Assembly: GCA_041748315.1 (NCBI GenBank)
Contig: JBGTDM010000087.1
Location: forward strand, 3,502 to 67,501
Length of the DNA: 64,000 nucleotides
Direction of reading: 5' to 3'
Origin: Pirellulaceae bacterium
Lineage (GTDB): Bacteria; Planctomycetota; Planctomycetia; Pirellulales; Pirellulaceae
The first letter of the stretch is position 1; the number at the start of each line of letters is the position of its first letter. The notes beneath the pieces are model-generated. The model did no database searches. It worked only from the letters and a program-made list of their open reading frames with translations, and was not told the origin of the DNA. Position numbers and translations under genes: made by a program. Shown piece by piece: positions 29,947 to 39,399 of this stretch.

Positions 29947-30327
29947 TCAAGGAAATCTCGATCGGCCCCGCGTTTTAAAACGGCGCGACGCGAATGTCAA
30001 TCCAGTGGCCAATATCAGAAGTAGCAATCCACTCGGTTCTGGAATGGCGCCAATGGTCAGCCTGCCGTTGGATGGATTGAAAGTGACCAGCTCGCCATGA
30101 GTTAATCCGGTAATCGTCAAGCTGTCGAAATCTCCGCCATAGTTGGCGAAGTTGGCAAACAGATCGACGGTGCCAGGCAGGTACTCGCCGCCAAAGAAAC
30201 GAAGCGTCAGAGCGCCATCAAAGCTCACCGTATCGCTTCCATCGTTGAAGATGGAATCGAAAGTGCCAGCCGTTAACAACGGGTTCTTGAAATCGAAAAA
30301 GGTCTCCGCAGTATCGGCCAGAGTCAA
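29947..30327 (-). CDS. Short PEP-CTERM domain protein, likely a 5'-truncated remnant
   Basis: C-terminal IPEPSGLLLLILATGLTFASRR. There is no signal peptide, the start is a TTG, and an in-frame stop lies 15 codons upstream. The sequence resembles the C-terminal module of the neighbouring 1189-aa protein. A REP cluster sits immediately 5'. Confidence 0.45.
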   Translation of the reverse strand: MTLADTAETFFDFKNPLLTAGTFDSIFNDGSDTVSFDGALTLRFFGGEYLPGTVDLFANFANYGGDFDSLTITGLTHGELVTFNPSNGRLTIGAIPEPSGLLLLILATGLTFASRRFKTRGRSRFP

Positions 30328-30437
30328 ATCGCCAAAGGCGAGTGAAATGTAAATGTTCGTAACTCTTTTCTAACTGAGGTATTGAATAAAACGCTACAGT
30401 GCGAGAAACGCTCGCGTGACTTTGTCTTGCATCAACC

Positions 30438-30602
30438 GTTGGAGTTCACGCTTCAGCGTGTCTTTCATCAACCGTTGGAGTTCACGCTTCAGCGTGTCTT
30501 TCATCAACCGTTGGAGTTCACGCTTTAGCGTGTCTTCCCGATACAAATAATGAACGCTTCGTAAACAAATTCGCGCGAACAGCCTGAAGGCTAAACCCCA
30601 AC
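30438..30602 (+). repeat. REP cluster: three tandem left-type REPs (36-bp period) plus one degenerate right-type REP
   Basis: GTTGGAGTTCACGCTT(C/T)AGCGTG occurs at 30438-30460, 30474-30496 and 30510-30532. CAGCCTGAAGGCTAAACCCCAAC occurs at 30580-30602. Confidence 0.85.
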
Positions 30603-33600
30603 TCGAACACGCCTTTTGCCGACGAGTGCAACAAACGCCACCATCAAGAACAGGCCGCTTGAGGGTTCAGGAATCGCTGTAAACACGCTCAGCGTGCCGT
30701 GCGAATACAATTGCGTAGTGTTCCAGTGCAACCCGCTAGACAAACTCGGCAAGTCCAACAGTCCAAAAGTCCCCGTCCAATTGCCATGGACTTCAAAGAT
30801 CTGAAAACTATCTCCAGCTGATGGCATAAAGGCTGGATCGCCTTCATTGAGTCCAATCAGATCGACCGTCATGGCACCTAGTTGCAGAGTCAGGTCTTTA
30901 TGGAAAATGAATTGATCGAACTCGGGAAGGAACGCATCTGTCCCCGCGATCTCGACCAACAAGTTGCTGGTTGGGCCAAGCGTCACGTTGAACGAAAACT
31001 CTTGGCGCGAGGGGCTGTTTCCAATCCCCAGCGAACCTTCGAAAAAGACATTGCCGTCTCCCGTCAGTAGGGCGCCATCGCGAAGTTGAACGTGATCAAA
31101 GAATACGGCGTTGGACGAGGACGACACTCTTAACTCGGCCCCCCCTTTGACCTCCAACGATTCGAAAAACGTGGCGGTACTTCCGCCAGTGACGATGATT
31201 TGCGATTCATCAAAACTTACGATCGGCGCGTAAAGGTCGGAGAAGCCCCCCGAATACAGCATCTGGCCGTAGTTTTCGAGCGAAGGAGCGATCAATGTGC
31301 CACGGCCCGTCATTCGTCCGCCGAACTGGTTCTCCACGGTCGAGTCAAACGTCAATTTCTTCCCTGCATCGACGCTCACAAGCCCGGTGGAAGCGTTAAT
31401 GAAACTTCCTTCAATCCGTCCGTCGCCGGAGAGCAATCCGTGATTGGTCAGGGTCGCCGACGAGGTCGCGACACGGGCGTTTGCTCCTGCCAGGAGGATT
31501 TCGCCATAATTCGCCAGCGTGTTGGATTGTAGACGACCGCCGTTGCCGATCGACACAAATCCATCGCTCCCCACTTCGGTGTGATGAGCGACGTTGAGTG
31601 TTTGCTGATTGCCCAGAGTCAAGGTCGAACCCAACGCGCCACTGGATCCAACCTGGAGTCCGCCCGCACCGGTGATTCCCAGCGCACCCTTGACGAAATC
31701 GAACGTGCCGCCGGGTTGAATTGCAAGTTCACCGGTGGAAAGTGAGCCGCCATCGAGCTTGAGTGTGCGGAAGGAGTTCACGGTCGTTGTCCCGGTCAGT
31801 GCCAACTGCCGGTTGGATTCCAGAGTCACATTCCCGTTTCCGAGCAGACCGCCGCTGCCGACAGTCAAATCGCCTCCATAAGAAAGTGAGCCAGAGTGAA
31901 AGTTCACCGTGCCACCCTGTCTATCCAGCAGCCCCAAATTGGCAAAGCCGCCGTCGATGTTAATCGTACCGGTGTTGTGAACGACGGTTCCAGCAGATCC
32001 AGCAATAAACGTCCCGCCCTCAAGTAAATTCAGTGTAGCCGTTCCAGAAATCCCATTTCCCAGGACCAAGCCGCTTCCGATGGTCTGCGTTAAAAGTGAG
32101 TTCGACCCAGTTACGGTAATGCTGCCTATTTGGCTTAATGGATCGGCATTCCCAAATGTGTTTGCGACCGTCACTTGGCCGGCTGTCATGCTTGCCCCAC
32201 TCTCAATCGAGAGCAAACCAGTGGTTCCCGGCGCTGTCGAACTACCTAAAGCGATGCTACCAACATTTCCTGAAGCGCCATTCGTCAGCGAAATATCTGC
32301 TGTGTGCCCCCCCCAACCCCAAGATGAAAATGAGGAACCAGTGTTCAAGGTCGACCCGACTCCGTCGACAACCAACGTTGCCGAACCCGTGAAAGCTCCG
32401 ATTGCAAGGTCATTTGTGGCTCTGAGTTGGCTGCCGTCCCGAATATTCCACGTGGTTCCAGAACTCAGGGAATCGTAATCCGAGGTACCCAGATCAATCA
32501 CAGCACCATCTCCAGCATTTAGAGTTCTGCCCGCCGCCAGCACGAAGTCGCCTCCATTGCTACTATTGATTGAGCCGCCGTTGACATTGACATCGCTCCT
32601 TGCAAAGAAAGCACTGCCAGTTCCTATACTGACGCTCCCTGTCTTGTTGATCGTTGTCAGATTGGTATGAGTTTCAAACAGACCATTATTCAAAACATTG
32701 AGCGTCGCAGATCCACCAGAATTTTGTCCAATTGTCAGTGTGGTTCCAACTCCCGACTGAGCCATCGCCGCATCATCAACGTTGACGACGCCTGTAGACG
32801 CGGTACCCGATGTTGCGATGTTTAACGTCGCAACGTTCATGCTAGCGCCACTTTCGACGTTGACGGTACCTGAACCACTGGATGCTCCGACATTGATTCT
32901 TTGTATTGTAGCGGTCGCTCCATTGCGAAGAGTTACGTTTGCCGAATGCCCATTGGCTCCCCAATTGGAAGTAGTAATTCCCGAAGTGCTCAAAGTTGAA
33001 CCGGCTCCGTCGACAGTTACCATCGTCGTTCCGTTGTCCACGCCGATGTGCATCGCACCGGTTGAGGACAATTCGGCACCGCTATTGATGTTCCAGGTGG
33101 TACCGCCTGAGAGAGTGTTTGTGCCGCCCATATTGATTTGGGCATCGTTACTGGCCGTGAGCGTGCGACCGGAGGCGAGATTGAAATTCCCGCTAGAGCG
33201 CGAAATCGTACCGCCGTCGACGTTCACATCGCCGTTGGCATTAAATGTTCCACCAGTCACGAAAATTTCACCGGTGGCGTTAACCGTAGTCAAGCCTGTT
33301 CCCGTGTTGTACGTCCCACCACTGTCGGCTTGAACTGTGGATCTAACCACGGCATTGGATGCTTTGCCTATGTTCAAAGTTGAACTGCCCGTTTGTGTCA
33401 CAGTCGAACCATTGCCGGTTACGTAAATGAGTCCCAGTTGCCCTGCAACGTTGCCATCCCCAATGTTAGCGTTTCCAAAAGAAAATGTACTACCCGAGTA
33501 CAATTCAAGAATTCCCGATGTGCTGGGGCCACCCCCAATTCGTAGCGATCCGGCCATCGAGCCAGTGGCACCGTTGAAAAGTCTCAATATCCCGTCACCA

Positions 33601-34160
33601 TTGGTAGAGCCTCCTAACGTGTTTTGGCCTAGGAATGAACTAGTGAGCTTAGCGGTTGATCCGTTGAGCTGTATACTACCAGCCGAACCGTTACCTACGT
33701 GGATCGCACCGACGCTGGATACTTCACCAGCGTTGACAAACAAAGTGGAATTTCCCGATAACGTCAGCCCGGAAAATCGCACGTCCAACTTGAAAATACC
33801 ATCGGGATTGATGGTCAAAGAGCCCCCCGAAATCGTCGAAGCCCCAGTCAGCGAATAGGTCGCATTCGTGCCACTAGGTCGAAAAATAGTATTGCCCGAT
33901 TGATGTTGCAACGAAGCGTTGAAGGGGCTGTAATTGAAAGTGGCGGTCGAGTTTGTCCCGGTGTTGAAGACGGCTGTATCGAGTTCGCCCGGTGGGCCTC
34001 CGCTAGGGCTCCAATTGAAGCTTTCTCCAAACGAGCTCCCAGTCGAAAAGAGTGGCGACCAATTGTAGCTCGATTGCCCTTGCGCGACGCTTCCAGTCAG
34101 GCAGCACCAAGAGCCGATGGCGATGACCAGTATGCCCGCAACAAATTTCTGCGGTCTCAT
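30591..34160 (-). CDS. Large beta-helical repeat surface protein (autotransporter-associated beta-strand repeat type) with PEP-CTERM anchor
   Basis: The ATG at 34160 gives MRPQKFVAGILVIAIGSWCC (signal peptide); the ORF extends to 34337. It has G/T/S/N-rich reiterated modules (VDGAGSTL..., VDGVGSTL...) and a C-terminal IPEPSSGLFLMVAFVALVGKRR. Confidence 0.8.
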   Translation of the reverse strand: MRPQKFVAGILVIAIGSWCCLTGSVAQGQSSYNWSPLFSTGSSFGESFNWSPSGGPPGELDTAVFNTGTNSTATFNYSPFNASLQHQSGNTIFRPSGTNATYSLTGASTISGGSLTINPDGIFKLDVRFSGLTLSGNSTLFVNAGEVSSVGAIHVGNGSAGSIQLNGSTAKLTSSFLGQNTLGGSTNGDGILRLFNGATGSMAGSLRIGGGPSTSGILELYSGSTFSFGNANIGDGNVAGQLGLIYVTGNGSTVTQTGSSTLNIGKASNAVVRSTVQADSGGTYNTGTGLTTVNATGEIFVTGGTFNANGDVNVDGGTISRSSGNFNLASGRTLTASNDAQINMGGTNTLSGGTTWNINSGAELSSTGAMHIGVDNGTTMVTVDGAGSTLSTSGITTSNWGANGHSANVTLRNGATATIQRINVGASSGSGTVNVESGASMNVATLNIATSGTASTGVVNVDDAAMAQSGVGTTLTIGQNSGGSATLNVLNNGLFETHTNLTTINKTGSVSIGTGSAFFARSDVNVNGGSINSSNGGDFVLAAGRTLNAGDGAVIDLGTSDYDSLSSGTTWNIRDGSQLRATNDLAIGAFTGSATLVVDGVGSTLNTGSSFSSWGWGGHTADISLTNGASGNVGSIALGSSTAPGTTGLLSIESGASMTAGQVTVANTFGNADPLSQIGSITVTGSNSLLTQTIGSGLVLGNGISGTATLNLLEGGTFIAGSAGTVVHNTGTINIDGGFANLGLLDRQGGTVNFHSGSLSYGGDLTVGSGGLLGNGNVTLESNRQLALTGTTTVNSFRTLKLDGGSLSTGELAIQPGGTFDFVKGALGITGAGGLQVGSSGALGSTLTLGNQQTLNVAHHTEVGSDGFVSIGNGGRLQSNTLANYGEILLAGANARVATSSATLTNHGLLSGDGRIEGSFINASTGLVSVDAGKKLTFDSTVENQFGGRMTGRGTLIAPSLENYGQMLYSGGFSDLYAPIVSFDESQIIVTGGSTATFFESLEVKGGAELRVSSSSNAVFFDHVQLRDGALLTGDGNVFFEGSLGIGNSPSRQEFSFNVTLGPTSNLLVEIAGTDAFLPEFDQFIFHKDLTLQLGAMTVDLIGLNEGDPAFMPSAGDSFQIFEVHGNWTGTFGLLDLPSLSSGLHWNTTQLYSHGTLSVFTAIPEPSSGLFLMVAFVALVGKRRVRVGV

Positions 34161-34473
34161 CGTTTTTGCGATGGTGCCCCACCGTCTGACCAAGCCTGAC
34201 GAGACGCAATCCACCAGCGGTTGACCCCGTTTGGTATCTTTACTTCGTGTCAACGCGCGAGTTCCGGACCAAGAAAAAGCTAGTTTTCCTGCGTTCAATT
34301 TGGTTTTACAGCTGAGTTGTTTGTACGGTCTTGTCACAATTTGGGTCCTCTATTAGATGATGCCTGAGCGATATCGCTATGACACTGGGCGATGAAGAAC
34401 GATCAAACCGGACGAGAAAATTCCTGAATCGAGGATTAATTTTTTATTTTTCAAGTCAGGCGTTGGAGTTTCG

Positions 34474-34870
34474 GTTGGAGTTCACGCTTTAGCGTGCTTG
34501 TCGCGTATAATCAAACATTGCATGAAGAAAGATGCGCGCAGGCAGCCTAAAGGCTGAACTCCAACGTCGGTACGCAAGCGTTGGAGTTCACGCTTTAGCG
34601 TGTTTTTCGCCTACAATCAAACATTGCATGAAGAAAGCCGCGCGCAGGCAGCCTAAAGGCTGAACTCCAACTTCTGGACGCATTCGTTGGAGTTCACGCT
34701 TTAGCGTGTTTTTCACCTACAATCAAACATTGCATGAAGAAAGCCCCGCGCAGGCAGCCTAAAGGCTGAACTCCAACTTCTGGACGCATTCGTTGGAGTT
34801 CACGCTTTAGCGCGTTTTTACTGCGAACACAAAAAGGTGCGCGCAAGCAGCCTGAAGGCTGAACTCCAAC
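34474..34870 (+). repeat. Array of four REP doublets upstream of the RAYT gene (106-bp period)
   Basis: Doublets lie at 34474-34565, 34580-34671, 34686-34777 and 34792-34870. Each is GTTGGAGTTCACGCTTTAGCGTG ... CAGCCT(A/G)AAGGCTGAACTCCAAC. Confidence 0.9.
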
Positions 34871-34916
34871 GGCGAATTCCAACAAACGATTCAACACAAT
34901 TTCCGGGAGCGGCTGG

Positions 34917-35537
34917 ATGACGAAATCGAGCATGTATCGCTGGCGGCGAATGTCGGCAGAACAACGTGCCGAGGTGTTACAATGTCGTCAACAGCATCAG
35001 GTCCCCTGGCACAGCCCGCCACATTACACGAGCGAAACAAATCTCTACTTGATCACGGCCGCTTGTTACGAGCATCGTCCCGTCATCGGTCATTCGATAG
35101 TGCGAATGACCGCGTTCGAGCATTGGCTGTTGGGAACCGCCAACGGTTCATGTACCAACGTGTATTGTTGGACGGTGTTGCCCAATCATTATCATCTGCT
35201 CGTTGAAACCACTGAAGTAAAGAATCTTTTGCTGCAATTGGGCCGTTTGCACGGGCGAACATCGTTCCAATGGAATGGTGAGGAAAGCTGCCGCAGACGC
35301 AAGGTTTGGTGCAATGCGGCAGAAACCGGAATGAAGTCCGAGCGGCACTATTGGGCCAGTTTCGTTTATGTCCTGCACAATGCGGTAAAACATGGTTATG
35401 TTTCCAAGTGGCAGGACTGGCCGTTTTGCAATGCGCGAGCGTTTTTAGAGAACGAAGGAATCGATAGGGCTCGCCATTTATGGCAGGAGTATCCGATCAA
35501 CGACTACGGCACTGATTGGGACCCAGCCGATATGTGA
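34917..35537 (+). CDS. REP-associated tyrosine transposase (RAYT; IS200/IS605-like HUH Y1 transposase domain)
   Basis: HUH motif LPNHYHLLV (H91-Y92-H93) and a Tyr motif YVLHNAVKHGYV (Y151). The gene is flanked by REP arrays on both sides. Confidence 0.8.
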   Translation: MTKSSMYRWRRMSAEQRAEVLQCRQQHQVPWHSPPHYTSETNLYLITAACYEHRPVIGHSIVRMTAFEHWLLGTANGSCTNVYCWTVLPNHYHLLVETTEVKNLLLQLGRLHGRTSFQWNGEESCRRRKVWCNAAETGMKSERHYWASFVYVLHNAVKHGYVSKWQDWPFCNARAFLENEGIDRARHLWQEYPINDYGTDWDPADM

Positions 35538-35565
35538 AGTGGAAATTTGAATTCACGATGGAGTG

Positions 35566-35942
35566 GTTGGAGTGCACGCTTTAGCGGGTTATTACTGCGA
35601 ACACAAACAGTGGCGCGCAGGCAGCCTGAAGGCTGAACTCCAACTTCGTACGCAAGCGTTGGAGTTCACGCTTTAGCGTGTTTTTCGCCAACAATCGAAC
35701 ATTGCATAAAGAAAGGCGCGCAGGCAGCCTGAAGGCTGAACTCCAACTTCGTACGCAAGCGTTGGAGTTCACGCTTTAGCGTGTTTTTCGCATACAATCA
35801 AACATTGCATAAAGAAAGGCGCGCAAGCAGCCTGAAGGCTGAACTCCAGCTTCGTACGCAAGCGTTGGAGTTCACGCTTTAGCGTGTTTTTACTGCGAAC
35901 ACAAACAGTGGCGCGCAGGCAGCCTAAAGGCTGAACTCCAAC
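35566..35942 (+). repeat. Array of four REP doublets downstream of the RAYT gene (92/103/103-bp spacing)
   Basis: Doublets lie at 35566-35644, 35658-35747, 35761-35850 and 35864-35942. They have the same orientation as the upstream array. Confidence 0.9.
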
Positions 35943-38900
35943 TCGTCGAGCAACGCCTGGAACTCGGCACGAGATCGAAGTTCGTCAAGTTCTGACGACT
36001 GTTCAAGATAGTGACGCCATTTGGGTGATTCAAAGTAGCCCAATTCAACTGCGGTTTGCAGACTGGATATGGCACGTTGAGAGAAATCACCGATGGACGA
36101 TTCGCGATCCTGGCCATCGGCGGTTGACCTGGTTCGTAAAGCTTGAGCGATCAATGCAAAACACCGTCCCTGCTGCATCCAAAGACTGCCACGCTGGCCA
36201 AGTTGGTCTACCACGAGTTCCAACAGTTCTTCCGCTTTCTCCAATCGATCTCCCAAAGCCAATGCGGCAGCCAATCGAAGCCGATGCAAGGGACTGGGTT
36301 CCGGAAATGCCGATTCCACGACAAACTGCCAAGCGGCGATCGATTCATCGACCCTCGCCAAATTCTCCAACGCGTTCGCCAAATTGGTATACGTTTGCGA
36401 AATCGCGTGTCTTAATTGCGGGTTGTTGGCATGTTCTTCGCGCAATGAAACCGACAATTCCAATGCCTGTTCAGAATGTTCGAGAACCAATTCCCAAGTT
36501 TCCAGCTCGACAGCAAACGCCGCCAGATTGACTTCACAGTTAACCATACCCATACGTGCGTTGAACGATCCAGGATTTCGGTCCAAAACCGATTCAAATA
36601 ATTGCTGGGCGGAAGTAACTCGTGCTCGTGCTGCCAAGAAGTCTTTAGCATGATTTCCCAGCGCAGCCCCATAGTTAAGTTTAGCCAAGCCAGCGTCGAT
36701 TAGATTATTGACGGAAGCTGGGTTTAACTCGACTAATTGATCGCATGCTTGCTCGTTCAGACGGAAATTCTCGAGCGCTTCTTCGATCTCACCCAATTCT
36801 AGGCAGGCCACTGCTAAAGCGCCTCGCATAATTGCGGGATCCCTGACATGAGCCTCGACGGCCGGAAACACGTTGGCCAAATCATCGGCAATCGCAGTGG
36901 CCTCGTCCAGGGTTTCCCGGGCGCCTTCAAAATTCCGGCCCATCATTGCCAGCAACGAACGGTTGTACAAAAACTTTAATAGTGTGTGATTATCAGCGGG
37001 CGTCGTATTCGGTCGGCTGGCAAATTCCCTCAATCCCACAACGACTTCATCCGAAAGCGCAATTGCCTCGGCCAGGTTTCCCGTGGCTCGCCGGGCATTC
37101 GCGAGATTGCCTTTGCTGATTAACAATTCGCGTTTTAAATCTTCGTTTTCCTGATTTGTGGCTAGCAATTGTTCGCGCAGGCCAACGACCATTTCATAAA
37201 GTTCTTGCGATTCATCCGGCTGACGCATCTCACGCAGCATGGTACCTTTCTGTTGCCAGAGGTTGGCCAACTGATTGAGAACCTCGAAGTGTAATGGCTG
37301 GTTCGCAAACAAGATTTGCTGACCTTCGATTGCGCCGTTTAAAGTCGACATCGCTTCGTTTGGGTTGCCAAGCACCATATGCTGTGACGCAATTCTCGCG
37401 AGCGATCCATTCAAGAGCAGTAACCGCGTCAATTCTTCGGGTGTTTGAGCAAGCAATTGACGAAGCAACTGTTCGGATTGCATGAAATTCTCCAGTGCCG
37501 CATCGGGTTGACCCAGATCCGCATGAATTTCACCAAGCCGAAAATGGGCTCGTTCGATTTCCGACAACAACGCCTCGTCATCCTCACTTTGCGCTAAGAA
37601 ACCAACATAATAGTGAAGCGCGGATTGGAGTAGCTCGTGGCGCAACGAGGTCAACCCAGGAATATTTAGCATGCGGTTGTTGGCGACTTGGGTAAAATAA
37701 TCATCGACCGTCTGCTTGGCGGCAAGGAATCGCTCATCCGATTGATGTTGCGCCACCATTGTCGCTTTGTTGGCCAACCTGGCTTCGGACAATGCTTTCG
37801 AAGTCGAGGTCCAGCCCAAGTACGACGTGATCAAACTGATTGCCAAAAAAAGCAAAGCCGCCGATCCAACCAAACTCAATAACGGATTGCGTTTCGACCA
37901 CCGGAGTACGCGCTGCCAGCGCGGAACAGGACGGGCTAGTACTGGCTTTTCATCCAGAAACCGCTGTAAGTCCATGTGTAAGTCATACGCGGAGTCATAG
38001 CGATCTGCCGACGATTTCTCCAGGCACTTGAGGCAAATTGATTCCAAGTCCCGGGAGACCGATTTTCGGATCGCCCGGGGAGGAACGGGAATCTGTTGAC
38101 GCACCATATCCAATGTCTCAAGGGGGGAGTCCGCTGAAAAAGGTGGTCGGTTGGTCAACATGTAATACAAGATGGCGCCTAATCCATAGACGTCCGCACG
38201 GCCGTCAATTCCATCGAACTTGCCGGTCGCCTGTTCGGGAGCCATGAAACCAGGTGTGCCAACGATCAACTCACTTGTTGAAGTTTCCAAGTTTTGGTCA
38301 AGGCGCAACGCCAAACCAAAATCAGTGATCCAAGGTTTGTCACCCGACATCAGAATATTGTTGGGTTTCAGGTCTCGGTGCAGCACATGTCGGCTATGGG
38401 CATGTTGGATGGCTTCCGCCAACGTGGAGATGAGCTGTGCCGTCGCGGTCGCGTTCATGGGACCATGACGTCTAAGCCACTCACCCAAGTTAACGCCCTT
38501 GATCAATTCAGATGCGATATAGCAAATTGGGCCGTCTTCGCCGGCCTCCAGGACACCCACGATATTCGGGTGACTCAGCGCGGCCGCCGCGCGACCTTCT
38601 CTCAAAAATCGGCGGCGTTGATCGAGTGACAAAATGGCTTCTGGTCGAGGAACTTTCAGGGCGACAACCCGATCGAGGCGATCGTCATAGGCAGTAAACA
38701 CCATGCCAAAACCACCCTGGCCGACGCCGGATCGGACTTGGAAACGACCGATTCGCAAACCACGAAATGAGTCCAATTCTGCTTCGTCGTGAGTCACCTC
38801 AGACGCATTCGCAAAACCGTAGGTCACGGAATCCCCGGCAGCGTCATCGGTGTCTTCATTGGCTGGGAACAAAGCACGAGAATCGCCATACGTATCCGTC

Positions 38901-39286
38901 GCAACTGCACGCGGCGTCTCCAGGTTGACTTCAGAATCGTCCAGTCGTTCAACGGATCGATCGTCGAATTTCACGGGAAATCCCTCGGCGTTGCGCGGCT
39001 CTGGGGTCCCTTGGGTGGGCTGTGATATTTCTGCGACACGGCTTCGTCGCATTTTTTCCAAGATGTTTAGCAACCCTTTTAGCGAAGCGAGTTGGACATT
39101 CTCGTTAATATCTTTCGTGATTTCAGCGTCGCCTGAACGATCCGCTGGGTCGATTGCACCGATGCGGAAACTGGAATCGTCCTGAGCCAGAATTTCTTTA
39201 TGAGTCTCAACCAGTTGGTTTTCAAGGCTCGGATCAGGCACTTCGTTTTTTGATTTAGACCGCGAAAGGTCCTTGTTTTGTCCCAT
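35924..39286 (-). CDS. Ser/Thr protein kinase with one TM helix and ~600-aa TPR-rich C-terminal domain
   Basis: Kinase motifs GQGGFGMV, VALK, HRDLKPNNIL, DFGLA and GTPGFMAPE. TM helix LLSLVGSAALLFLAISLITSYLGW. TPR-like repeats follow. ATG at 39286 (the ORF-track TTG is at 39298). Confidence 0.9.
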   Translation of the reverse strand: MGQNKDLSRSKSKNEVPDPSLENQLVETHKEILAQDDSSFRIGAIDPADRSGDAEITKDINENVQLASLKGLLNILEKMRRSRVAEISQPTQGTPEPRNAEGFPVKFDDRSVERLDDSEVNLETPRAVATDTYGDSRALFPANEDTDDAAGDSVTYGFANASEVTHDEAELDSFRGLRIGRFQVRSGVGQGGFGMVFTAYDDRLDRVVALKVPRPEAILSLDQRRRFLREGRAAAALSHPNIVGVLEAGEDGPICYIASELIKGVNLGEWLRRHGPMNATATAQLISTLAEAIQHAHSRHVLHRDLKPNNILMSGDKPWITDFGLALRLDQNLETSTSELIVGTPGFMAPEQATGKFDGIDGRADVYGLGAILYYMLTNRPPFSADSPLETLDMVRQQIPVPPRAIRKSVSRDLESICLKCLEKSSADRYDSAYDLHMDLQRFLDEKPVLARPVPRWQRVLRWSKRNPLLSLVGSAALLFLAISLITSYLGWTSTSKALSEARLANKATMVAQHQSDERFLAAKQTVDDYFTQVANNRMLNIPGLTSLRHELLQSALHYYVGFLAQSEDDEALLSEIERAHFRLGEIHADLGQPDAALENFMQSEQLLRQLLAQTPEELTRLLLLNGSLARIASQHMVLGNPNEAMSTLNGAIEGQQILFANQPLHFEVLNQLANLWQQKGTMLREMRQPDESQELYEMVVGLREQLLATNQENEDLKRELLISKGNLANARRATGNLAEAIALSDEVVVGLREFASRPNTTPADNHTLLKFLYNRSLLAMMGRNFEGARETLDEATAIADDLANVFPAVEAHVRDPAIMRGALAVACLELGEIEEALENFRLNEQACDQLVELNPASVNNLIDAGLAKLNYGAALGNHAKDFLAARARVTSAQQLFESVLDRNPGSFNARMGMVNCEVNLAAFAVELETWELVLEHSEQALELSVSLREEHANNPQLRHAISQTYTNLANALENLARVDESIAAWQFVVESAFPEPSPLHRLRLAAALALGDRLEKAEELLELVVDQLGQRGSLWMQQGRCFALIAQALRTRSTADGQDRESSIGDFSQRAISSLQTAVELGYFESPKWRHYLEQSSELDELRSRAEFQALLDELEFSL

Positions 39287-39399
39287 AGTACTTTGCAACC
39301 CAAGCTATGATGCGTAACCCTTTGATACCACATGCCATCTTGCCCATATCCCACCTTGGCGAGATTTCGGCATGAAACCGGACAACAAAAACACTTTTA

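Larger units (their letters stand above)
34474..35942 (+). mobile_element. RAYT-REP locus (domesticated transposase plus its cognate repeats)
   Basis: The RAYT CDS is bracketed by 4+4 REP doublets in the layout A-A-A-B-[RAYT]-B-A-A-B. A is the 44-46-nt inner spacer class and B is the 33-nt inner spacer class. Confidence 0.75.

Noticed and set aside
34474-35942. The regularly spaced 23-nt repeats could be mistaken for a CRISPR array.
   Set aside because: The intervening 'spacers' are themselves conserved between units. The repeats occur as inverted pairs. No cas genes are nearby, and a RAYT gene sits in the middle. This is a REP/RAYT locus.
34694-36117. ORF-track ORFs 34694-34933(-), 35581-35772(-) and 35890-36117(-).
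   Set aside because: They lie almost entirely inside REP doublets, and their peptide sequences repeat because the DNA repeats. There is no independent coding evidence.
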